64,000 nt of DNA from a virus, in IMG/VR virus record IMGVR_UViG_3300027708_000023; one strand, given 5' to 3'. Positions 1 through 7,891 of this stretch are shown here, piece after piece. Position numbers and translations under genes: made by a program. The notes under the pieces were generated by a model, which ran no database searches, had not been told where the DNA came from, and was given only the letters and a program-made list of their open reading frames with translations. Within the stretch, counting starts at the first letter, position 1, and every line of letters starts with the position of its first letter.

Positions 1-395
1 GTATTATTATTCCCACGACCATCGGCACCAAAAACTTTAACGGGCATGATTTTGGTATTTGGAGCTACTCCCACAACACCCATACTATTATTTTTAGCGC
101 ATATTGTTCCGGCCACATGAGTGCCATGACTATTGTCATCATATGGGTCTTTTCCTGACTCAACAAAGTTCTTTCCTTGAACAAAATTAGATTTAAGATC
201 TTCATGATCAAGATCACATCCGCTGTCTATTACTGCAACAGTAACACCAGCACCATCAGAAACTTCCCATGTTTCGTCTACTTTAAACTTAGACAAAGAC
301 CAAGGTATGCTCTGACCTGACTCAAAACTTCCATATACTTCTTCTTTAATATATGGGAATAGGCCACAATCTTTTTTAAGTCTTTTTCTAGCCAT
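1..395 (-). CDS. S8 subtilisin-family serine protease (runs off the left window edge)
   Basis: Manual translation MARKRLKKDCGLFPY...VTVAVIDSGCDLDHEDL...DDNSHGTHVAGTICA...GVVGVAP shows the subtilisin Asp and His catalytic motifs; SD AAGGAG upstream; absent from the ORF track because it is truncated. Confidence 0.92.
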   Translation of the reverse strand, partial: MARKRLKKDCGLFPYIKEEVYGSFESGQSIPWSLSKFKVDETWEVSDGAGVTVAVIDSGCDLDHEDLKSNFVQGKNFVESGKDPYDDNSHGTHVAGTICAKNNSMGVVGVAPNTKIMPVKVFGADGRGNNN

Positions 396-430
396 AAAAA
401 TCTCCTTTTGGCTATATTATTAATACACCA

Positions 431-832
431 TTAATCACATTCTATTCTTACTTGAAAAGATCCACCATTATCCCCCTTGCAATAGTCATTAGTAAACATA
501 GAAAGCTCACCGACCTCTCCTGGAATTCCCAAATATGAAGATCCCACTAAAAATACTGTTCCATTATCTCCAACCCTTCCCAGTATGGCTTCATGCAAGA
601 AATTTAGATCAGAACAATAAGGATGATAGATACCATCTGGGCCACTAGTATAAGATGACCCCATCCAATAGACAGTTCCACTAGCAGTAATTTTAAGTTT
701 TTGATTTGGTTCCACTATCCATCCTGTTGATTGCCACCCTCCGCGAGAATCAACGCTCGTATTAATCGGGTCTGGGCAGCATTTTAAGCAAAAATTTCCT
801 ATTTTTTCTGGAGCGAATGGAAAATTTGACAT
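431..832 (-). CDS. LecA/PA-IL-like lectin-fold protein with Cys-rich N-terminal leader
   Basis: WQSTGWIVEPNQKLKITASG...AILGRVG...FLVG...GELSMFTND...DNGGSFQVRI pattern resembles PA-IL-like domains; likely start MSNFPF at 832. Confidence 0.55.
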   Translation of the reverse strand: MSNFPFAPEKIGNFCLKCCPDPINTSVDSRGGWQSTGWIVEPNQKLKITASGTVYWMGSSYTSGPDGIYHPYCSDLNFLHEAILGRVGDNGTVFLVGSSYLGIPGEVGELSMFTNDYCKGDNGGSFQVRIECD

Positions 833-849
833 TTTATTTTTTTTCCATA

Positions 850-1323
850 TTAGGCAAAAGAACAAGCATCAATAAGAATTGGAGATTCACCAACAGTCCT
901 AGATACAAGATAAGCTATTCGACCTTCATCATCTTTTTTTATTGCTACCAAGTTTGCTATCCCAGTATGGCATTGACCAGGACCAAAACCATTATCTTCA
1001 TCTGGAGCAGCTCCGCATTCTAGTTTAGCATAAACTCTACAACAATTATCATCATCAAGATCTTTTGTCATTTCTTCAATTTGTTTTGCAGTAATTTTGA
1101 GTTTAACATATCTTTCTTGACAATCATCATCATTATTTAGATCTACTGTTCCCAATACAGATTTTTTAGATGGATCTATATAAACATAAGCGATAAAAAC
1201 AGCAGCATGACAACAGTGCCCTGTTGATGGTCCAGCGCTATATGTTAATTCTACATTTTCTATACCACAGCATTTTCTGCAAAAATTACCCTTTTTTATT
1301 GGAGCAAATGGGAAAGTTGACAT
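850..1323 (-). CDS. Cys-rich hypothetical protein sharing its N-terminal motif with the neighbouring lectin-like gene
   Basis: ORF track; MSTFPFAPIKKGNFCRKCC vs MSNFPFAPEKIGNFCLKCC. Confidence 0.6.
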   Translation of the reverse strand: MSTFPFAPIKKGNFCRKCCGIENVELTYSAGPSTGHCCHAAVFIAYVYIDPSKKSVLGTVDLNNDDDCQERYVKLKITAKQIEEMTKDLDDDNCCRVYAKLECGAAPDEDNGFGPGQCHTGIANLVAIKKDDEGRIAYLVSRTVGESPILIDACSFA

Positions 1324-1324
1324 A

Positions 1325-1645
1325 TTATCCTCTTAATTTTGGTTTATTGTTAACTTTATTTAAGTATGAATTAGAGTCTATTAAAACATCAATATTCCAA
1401 CTTTTAAAATTCATTAAATGACCAAATACTATATGACAAGGATCAGCACAAAGAGTAACCAAATTTGATGGGTCCAATTCTAATTCTGGAAACAAATGAA
1501 CCGGTTTTACATGATGAACTTCAAGTTTTTTGTCTCGTCCACAAGCAGCGCAAGTTCCATGATTTTTTAAGTGTTCTTTTCTTACATTACTCCATTTTGG
1601 CGACCTTATTGCATATCTGAGTTTCTTCAGAAAATCAAACATCAT
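1325..1645 (-). CDS. HNH endonuclease
   Basis: CAACG...LEVHHVKP...NLVTLC..CH motif. Confidence 0.85.
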   Translation of the reverse strand: MMFDFLKKLRYAIRSPKWSNVRKEHLKNHGTCAACGRDKKLEVHHVKPVHLFPELELDPSNLVTLCADPCHIVFGHLMNFKSWNIDVLIDSNSYLNKVNNKPKLRG

Positions 1646-2643
1646 AACACCTTAGCTGCAATTAAGCATCCTTTAGCTACTGCATGTAAGGGGTCCACGG
1701 CATGTCTGACCTCTTTGATTTTTAGTGGAAAATTATTTTCTTGAAGTTTAGAAGAAAACAACTCTACATAGCCTTTGGCCTGTGATGTTCCTCCAGCAAC
1801 AACAATACTTAATGGGTCTTTGAATTTTGGCAATAATTTATGATCAGTTAAAGCTGCGCTCAGCTGTTTGGTTGTATAATCTATTAATCTCTCATAATAA
1901 GCGGATACGGCTCCTAGTATTTGACTATCATTAGGTTGACCAACAACAAATCCACCACCTTCTTTTTCTGCCTGAACAACGCTGTCTGGCTCCCCCGTAG
2001 CTACTGCACTCATTCTATCAACCCAGTCTCCGCTCTTGGTTGTACTAAAAACTACTGTTGGTTCACCATTAAGCATAACGCAAACATTAGTCATTCCAGC
2101 ACCACAACTAACAGCAATTCCAGTATAATCATTATTTTCTAATTCAGCATAGCATAAAGCTTCAGCTTCATTAATTGATCTGGCAGCATATCCACATTCA
2201 CTCAAAATAGTCTTGACTACATCTTCATGATAGCCAACATCAAAGTCCTCATCTTCTTGATCTACCGGTTGAGCAGGAACGCAGAACACTAGCTTCTCAT
2301 TAGGCTCTGAGGCTTGTCCCACGACCTCTTTTAAAATAAAGGCCAGCACCCGCTTGGCATCCTTTTCTTTAGCTGAGACCACGCCTTTGTACATGGGGCG
2401 TTTTGCTGTATCATTTCTTTCAATAGCTTTTTCAATAGCGTCTTTACCTAAGAGAATGAATGATCCATCATGATCTTTAATAAAAACCTTACCAGCGAGA
2501 CCCTTTTCTATCATTTTAGTAGCAACGGGAGTTGTTGGTTTTATCACATAAAACGCATCTCTAAAATCTTTGTAGACAACACCATCATTAGAATCTTTGG
2601 ATAAAACAATATAACTTGTACCAACATCAAGACCACAACTCAT
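1642..2643 (-). CDS. Actin-like ATPase (MreB/MamK/ParM superfamily)
   Basis: Phosphate-1 GLDVGTS, connect-1 INEAEAL, phosphate-2 SCGAGMTNV, adenosine VAGGTS, connect-2 DPLHAVAKG. Confidence 0.85.
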   Translation of the reverse strand: MSCGLDVGTSYIVLSKDSNDGVVYKDFRDAFYVIKPTTPVATKMIEKGLAGKVFIKDHDGSFILLGKDAIEKAIERNDTAKRPMYKGVVSAKEKDAKRVLAFILKEVVGQASEPNEKLVFCVPAQPVDQEDEDFDVGYHEDVVKTILSECGYAARSINEAEALCYAELENNDYTGIAVSCGAGMTNVCVMLNGEPTVVFSTTKSGDWVDRMSAVATGEPDSVVQAEKEGGGFVVGQPNDSQILGAVSAYYERLIDYTTKQLSAALTDHKLLPKFKDPLSIVVAGGTSQAKGYVELFSSKLQENNFPLKIKEVRHAVDPLHAVAKGCLIAAKVL

Positions 2644-2646
2644 ATG

Positions 2647-2979
2647 TTACCTCTTTAAATTCTTAAGCTTGTTAATGGAGTCCGTTATGTTTTCAGTAGA
2701 CTGTTTGATTTCACCCAAATTTTCATATTTCTTTTCCATACCGTCCGTCTTAATTTCAGTAACAAATTTAGTATCATTTATTACTACTTTGGTCTTTTTC
2801 TCTTCTTTTGGATTGTCAAAAAAGCTATTTGGTCTATTTATGGTATTATTATATACACCGTTACCAGACCGTTTGCCCACAAAATAGCCTATTAAAAAAA
2901 AACACACCCCTATTGCTAGGAGTGTGATTAAGAAGAAAATAACTGTTGGTATATTAAATGTTAAAGATATGTCATTCAT
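2647..2979 (-). CDS. Single-pass membrane protein with charged C-terminal tail
   Basis: N-terminal hydrophobic stretch VIFFLITLLAIGVCFFLIGYFVG. Confidence 0.65.
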   Translation of the reverse strand: MNDISLTFNIPTVIFFLITLLAIGVCFFLIGYFVGKRSGNGVYNNTINRPNSFFDNPKEEKKTKVVINDTKFVTEIKTDGMEKKYENLGEIKQSTENITDSINKLKNLKR

Positions 2980-3892
2980 TTTTCTTATATGAGCCTATTA
3001 CTCTTCCCTTTTGGGTTCGTACAACAAACCCTTTCCGTACTAGAAAAGGCTCTATGCTGTTTTCGATTGTGTCTATAGCGATTCCTGTCATAGATGAGAT
3101 ACTTTTAAGTCCAAGAGCAGCACCCTTTGACTTTAATAGCACATCCAAATACAATCTATCATACACATCCAACCCATTTTTATCAATGCCCTGACCTTCA
3201 AAAATCTCATCAATAGTCATATTCTTATCCTTATAGAATGCCACGCAGTTTTTATACCACTGTAGCCTACCATTCAAAATACGAGGAGTTCCCTTGCTTC
3301 TTCTAGCTATCTCAATTAGTTCAGAAGGTTGAATCATTAGTCCAAGCTTTTGTGCGTTTGACTCTGCTAGTTTAGCTAACTCAAATTCATTGTAAAAGCA
3401 CAAATGTTCCTTAATTTGAAATCTATCATAAAATGGCTGACTAAGACTACCACCACTAGTTGTAGCTCCAACAATAGTAAACATTGGAAGTTCAATATTT
3501 TCTGGCTTATCTTTATCTTCTTCATCCTTAACGGTAATGCTTAGAACAAAATCTTCCATAACGGGATAAAGAAATTCTTCTACAATTTTGGGCAACCTAT
3601 GAATTTCATCAATAAATAGAACTGATCTAGGAGCAATGCCCATGATATATGGTAGAATATTTTTAATGCTACGAATACCAGCGCCATTGACGGTATACAT
3701 ATTAACATCCATCTCATTTGCTATGGCACTTGCTATGGTGGTCTTACCAAGTCCCGGCGGGCCGTCTATTAAAACATGAGGCATAACTCCCTGAGAGTCT
3801 TTGCACCCAGCCACCATAATTTGCAGTCTTGTTAGAACATCCTGCTGACCAATAATATCACTGAACTTCGACGGACGAATCACATTTGCCAT
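2972..3892 (-). CDS. ruvB: Holliday junction branch-migration helicase RuvB
   Basis: IRPSKFSDIIGQ, Walker A GPPGLGKTT, Walker B LFIDEIHRL, EEFLYPVMED, FTIVGATT, SKGTPRI, C-terminal IEPFL..GF..RT.KGR. Confidence 0.95.
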   Translation of the reverse strand: MANVIRPSKFSDIIGQQDVLTRLQIMVAGCKDSQGVMPHVLIDGPPGLGKTTIASAIANEMDVNMYTVNGAGIRSIKNILPYIMGIAPRSVLFIDEIHRLPKIVEEFLYPVMEDFVLSITVKDEEDKDKPENIELPMFTIVGATTSGGSLSQPFYDRFQIKEHLCFYNEFELAKLAESNAQKLGLMIQPSELIEIARRSKGTPRILNGRLQWYKNCVAFYKDKNMTIDEIFEGQGIDKNGLDVYDRLYLDVLLKSKGAALGLKSISSMTGIAIDTIENSIEPFLVRKGFVVRTQKGRVIGSYKKNE

Positions 3893-4280
3893 TTTTTTCT
3901 CCAAATTTAGACAAAGAAAGCTTAACCAAATTTATACAATCTTTACTTTTACTCTCAGAGTAACATTCTCTTACCAAAGATTCTGATTCTTTTCTAGAAA
4001 ATCCATAGGCACTCAAAGAAATACAACACCTATTTAATAGGTCTGGCTGTATCTCTTCTTTGTTATCTATTTGTTTCTTGGGTTTTCTTTTGAATTTTAG
4101 TTTTATTAATTCGATTGGTTTGATTTTTAGGATAGTATCACAATCACAAACAATAACAAACTTCTCATATTGAACTTGCTTTAGTCTTACCCAATGATCA
4201 TTAAAACAATTAGGACAAACATACCTAAAAGTAATATCATAGTCAGTTGGCTTCAGGTTTTTGATTTGATTTTGTATCAT
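3858..4280 (-). CDS. Zn-ribbon protein with C-terminal RuvA domain III-like helical bundle
   Basis: CPNC...CDC at the N-terminus; C-terminal ISLSAYGFSRKESESLV...LVKLSL resembles RuvA domain III (ALxxLGYxxxEA...LIRxAL); directly upstream of ruvB. Confidence 0.6.
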   Translation of the reverse strand: MIQNQIKNLKPTDYDITFRYVCPNCFNDHWVRLKQVQYEKFVIVCDCDTILKIKPIELIKLKFKRKPKKQIDNKEEIQPDLLNRCCISLSAYGFSRKESESLVRECYSESKSKDCINLVKLSLSKFGEKNGKCDSSVEVQ

Positions 4281-4680
4281 CCTCTTCTTTCACCCAAAAG
4301 ATAAAGTCATTTTGATCACTATCATAGGCACTATCAAGAACTCCCTTGTTAACCAAAGAGTTCAATATATTGCTAATCATTCTATTGTTCAGATCTTCTA
4401 TGATGGATTGAAGAAGTTTATCTGTTAGACAATATCTGATTTCTTTTGTTTTCTTATTGACTTGTTTTCTTGCGTGATTTTTGATGATAATAGCAGATTC
4501 ATCATGAGTTAGTGTCTCATTCATCTCTTCTGTTTCTTTTTTGCTCATCTCATAAAGAGATGCTGTCATCGCATCGTCTGCTATCTTATTTGCTTCTCCA
4601 AAAAACTTAAATACCAAAGATCTAGAATGCTCAACAAAATCATCAAAATCGTTAATAAAAAACCATTGATCGTTGTTCAT
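4243..4680 (-). CDS. Hypothetical protein, paralog of 23284..23637 and 23627..23998
   Basis: Shared C-terminal LVNKGVLDSAYDSDQNDFIFW ~ LAAKGFIECAWDDESNEMVFW. Confidence 0.65.
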   Translation of the reverse strand: MNNDQWFFINDFDDFVEHSRSLVFKFFGEANKIADDAMTASLYEMSKKETEEMNETLTHDESAIIIKNHARKQVNKKTKEIRYCLTDKLLQSIIEDLNNRMISNILNSLVNKGVLDSAYDSDQNDFIFWVKEEDDTKSNQKPEAN

Positions 4681-5179
4681 GATATTAATGTGATGCCGTC
4701 CTCGTATTTTGGTATCTCAGTCCATTCCAGTTTAACAGAGAAGTTGGGCTTGTAAATGGTTATGGTTCTGTGTGTTTTGCTATCTTTTTCTACTACTCTT
4801 TCAGCTATGGCTCTGTCCTCATTAAGAACTTTGGCTATAGCAATATTAGTCTCTGACATTGTGTGAAATCTATTGTTATATTGACTTCTATTAAAAATTA
4901 CCTCAAAATAAGTATTCATATTTATTTCTTTAATTCTGACTGACAGTTATTATGTTTATCTACAAAAGTTCTTTCAAAACCTAGTTCATCTAAAATTGGC
5001 ATCTTATGAAATGTAATAGTAAATCTTACGTTTCCATTATCGTCAGTCATTTTTGTCCATTCTACTCTTTGTGCTTTACTCATATGAATCGCTAAATCAT
5101 AAGCTACAAAAGGGGTTTCTGTTAACGAACCAAGAGCCATAGCTAAATACAAAAGTGTTGCTGGTAACATCCTTGCTCC

Positions 5180-5590
5180 TTAGTTTAAGATATCGAACAT
5201 CCCTTTATAGTAATTTGGTTGTTGAAGGAAGTGAACGGCGTGTGATCTTAAATGGTTTTTATATTCGCTATGAAGTTTATCATGAACAAAGTATTGAGTT
5301 TTATATATTGGTTCTTTGTAATGATTGTTCCCCAAGTACAGGGAGTTTTTGAAGTTCCCTGACTTGGAGAAGTAATCATTCACAGGTAACGAACCCTTAG
5401 GAAAGCTTGGTCCAATATACCATACATTTGAAGGATATTCAACTATTTCATTCAGAGTATCATATAGCATTTTCCCCCAAGCGTCCCAAGCATCGGGATC
5501 AAACTTGAAGTATTTTTTATAATGACTCTCTGGAGTGTCCTGACTATCGTCATTGTCATCATAGTTGTCATCTTCATAATCTTCGTGCAT
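5180..5590 (-). CDS. Hypothetical acidic protein
   Basis: 136-aa ORF in operon orientation. Confidence 0.55.
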   Translation of the reverse strand: MHEDYEDDNYDDNDDSQDTPESHYKKYFKFDPDAWDAWGKMLYDTLNEIVEYPSNVWYIGPSFPKGSLPVNDYFSKSGNFKNSLYLGNNHYKEPIYKTQYFVHDKLHSEYKNHLRSHAVHFLQQPNYYKGMFDILN

Positions 5591-5593
5591 ATT

Positions 5594-6748
5594 TCACCCG
5601 ATACAAAATTTGTCACTGATCTTAGACGCTAGTTCTTTGGCGGCATTGGATAGAAACCTGTTGTTGCTAAAGTAAAGCGGTGTTGAGACTTGATTAAGGA
5701 ACTCCACGACCGTCTTTAAAAGCTTGGTCTGGGAACCGTCAAGATCTAAATCCTCGCCACCAGCGTCAACAGGAAGCGGCTCAAGAGCGTCTGTGTCATC
5801 CTCAGTCACGGGCAATACTGGAGTAGGATCACCATAAGCCTTATTGAACAGAGCGCCGCTACTAGTATAAACATACTTAGAATTGTTATACTTCTTGATA
5901 TCGTCTGTGCTATTGGTATAGGTGTTAAGGTTTAAAGAGTTCATCTGGCTGGCAATGGTTGCAGCAACATTAACTGATACCGGAACTCCCGTAACGTCAG
6001 ACCTCTTATAAGCCTTAGCATATTCTTTAAACCACTCGTCACTGGTTTTATTAGCAACAATATTAACAACAGCAGAAACACCATCAAGAGCTTGTTTAAG
6101 ATGTTCAATATTTACTGGATTACCCGTTGATCCTGACAGAATACTGGTAAAGTAAGACTGCTTACCCTCCCAACCTTTTCTCCACCAAGTATACGGGATA
6201 CGATAAATCTGATTAATCTTGATAGCTCGGGCATCACCCTCAAAATAGTTTACCAATTTCTTTTGAATTCCATTCCAATAAGTCTTATGAGGACTATTGG
6301 CATTATGATCCAAAATCCAGTAACACTGATAGCCATTACGAGTATCGACAACCCAGCTTGGCTTTACAGGAAAGCTATTAATCTTCTTGAGGAACTCCCG
6401 CTTCTTCTGCATCACAATACTAGGCTTAAAATAACTACCGTTATCATCTCGTCCAGCATCCATATCAACGAAACAAGCACGAACCCTGCTAATGGCATAC
6501 TGTTTACGTCCACCATTAACATAGAAGTAAGCATCAGCACCTTGACTATCATTTGCAATAGCAACGGTAGTAAGATGATCTGTATGATTCATACTACTGA
6601 TCTTCTTACGAGGATCTCCGTTGTAACAGAAAATCTGCTGACCACCAAAAGAATCAAAGAACTTATTTCGCAAAACAATCTGATCTTTTGTTCCAATGGC
6701 ACTATGAGTCTTATCGAACGGATTAAAAGCCAAAGTATCGCTAAACAT
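5594..6748 (-). CDS. RepB-type DNA primase / primase-polymerase (AEP-like)
   Basis: ACFVDMD, PSWVVDTRNGYQCYW and D...IYRIP motifs typical of RepB' primases. Confidence 0.75.
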   Translation of the reverse strand: MFSDTLAFNPFDKTHSAIGTKDQIVLRNKFFDSFGGQQIFCYNGDPRKKISSMNHTDHLTTVAIANDSQGADAYFYVNGGRKQYAISRVRACFVDMDAGRDDNGSYFKPSIVMQKKREFLKKINSFPVKPSWVVDTRNGYQCYWILDHNANSPHKTYWNGIQKKLVNYFEGDARAIKINQIYRIPYTWWRKGWEGKQSYFTSILSGSTGNPVNIEHLKQALDGVSAVVNIVANKTSDEWFKEYAKAYKRSDVTGVPVSVNVAATIASQMNSLNLNTYTNSTDDIKKYNNSKYVYTSSGALFNKAYGDPTPVLPVTEDDTDALEPLPVDAGGEDLDLDGSQTKLLKTVVEFLNQVSTPLYFSNNRFLSNAAKELASKISDKFCIG

Positions 6749-6828
6749 TTGTTATTCCTTTTTCCAACTTCCTACCTACATTTTTGATATTGGGACAGTA
6801 AACACTACCATCAAAAGCAATATCTTAA

Positions 6829-6909
6829 AAGATGGTAACGGAATCGAACCGTTATTGTATGATAGTAAAAACTATATAGGTACTATCTTACAAGTTCCAA
6901 ACACCACCT
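6829..6909 (-). ncRNA. tRNA-like element without a D-stem (resembles the tmRNA tRNA-like domain)
   Basis: 7-bp acceptor AGGTGGT/ACCATCT with G3.U70; T-arm AACGG-TTCGATT-CCGTT; long hairpin TTGTA-AGATAGTA...TACTATC-ATACAA in place of the anticodon arm. Confidence 0.55.
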
Positions 6910-6922
6910 TGACTATCAAGAA

Positions 6923-7798
6923 TCAATACTGATCATCCTCATCGTCATAATCTTCATCCTCATCCTCGTCATCATCTTCATCTTCGTTATCAAACTGATC
7001 CCAATAGCTTTCATCATAATCATTTAGATAATCGTCCTCATCATCCTCGTAATCGTCCTGACTAAAATCAGCCTTATAAAGAGGCTTGAGCAATTCGCCC
7101 TCATACTCACCAACTACTTCGTAGCGGCAAGTGCGGAGCTTTTCATAGTTGCAATCACTAGGAACACTCACAACATCCTTGGGATTAATCTTGACAATCA
7201 CGATGCGGTCGCCAGCCTCAAGACTACCATAACCAGCAACATAATTCAATGCTCCAGCATGAAGTCCATTAGAACAACCACGACCACGATCATCATCTAC
7301 CTTTGCTCTTTGCATTTGGCAGACCTGACCAACCCTATTGTCGAAAACTCCTCTGTACTTATCCTTAAAGTCTGAACGAACAGCCTTATAAGCGAGGAAG
7401 AAACCATCCTCAGTGATAGGCAGATGCTCATGCTCCAAGAAATCATACAGTTCCTTCTGACTCTGCATACTTGGATTTTCCATGAGATTATTCAGAAAAT
7501 TAACAAGGGGCTGGAACGGCAATCCCTTGCTCATAAACTCCAGAATACGCTTACTGATACTACCATGAACTTCTTCACCCTCATAAAGAACCTGTCCATT
7601 CTTGATCTCCACAAGACCATCGCTAAAAGCAGCAACAGCCTTTTGAACATCAACAACTTCCAACAGTTCCTCTGCCGTAGCAGAAGGAAGTCTTTCCAGA
7701 ATCAACTTATAGTTGATATGATCTGGCAACACCTGATAACTCTGATTATTAAGAACCAGCGTCAAATTACCATCAACAAACATAAACGGAACAGCCAT
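6923..7798 (-). CDS. rIIB: rIIB-like protein
   Basis: NPS...ELYDFL...PITEDGFFLAYKAV...CSNGLH...VKINPKDVVSVP.D...KLRTCRYEVV; acidic tail; follows rIIA. Confidence 0.85.
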   Translation of the reverse strand: MAVPFMFVDGNLTLVLNNQSYQVLPDHINYKLILERLPSATAEELLEVVDVQKAVAAFSDGLVEIKNGQVLYEGEEVHGSISKRILEFMSKGLPFQPLVNFLNNLMENPSMQSQKELYDFLEHEHLPITEDGFFLAYKAVRSDFKDKYRGVFDNRVGQVCQMQRAKVDDDRGRGCSNGLHAGALNYVAGYGSLEAGDRIVIVKINPKDVVSVPSDCNYEKLRTCRYEVVGEYEGELLKPLYKADFSQDDYEDDEDDYLNDYDESYWDQFDNEDEDDDEDEDEDYDDEDDQY

Positions 7799-7891
7799 AA
7801 TCCAAACTCCTAGTTTTTAGTTACGATACCTGTGATACTGTCATTTTACACTAATCGGCAAGCTTGTCAAGGGGTCTTGAGAAATTTCTGA

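Noticed and set aside
6923-7060. GAT/GAC/GAA-rich low-complexity tract
   Set aside because: It simply encodes the acidic C-terminal tail of rIIB.
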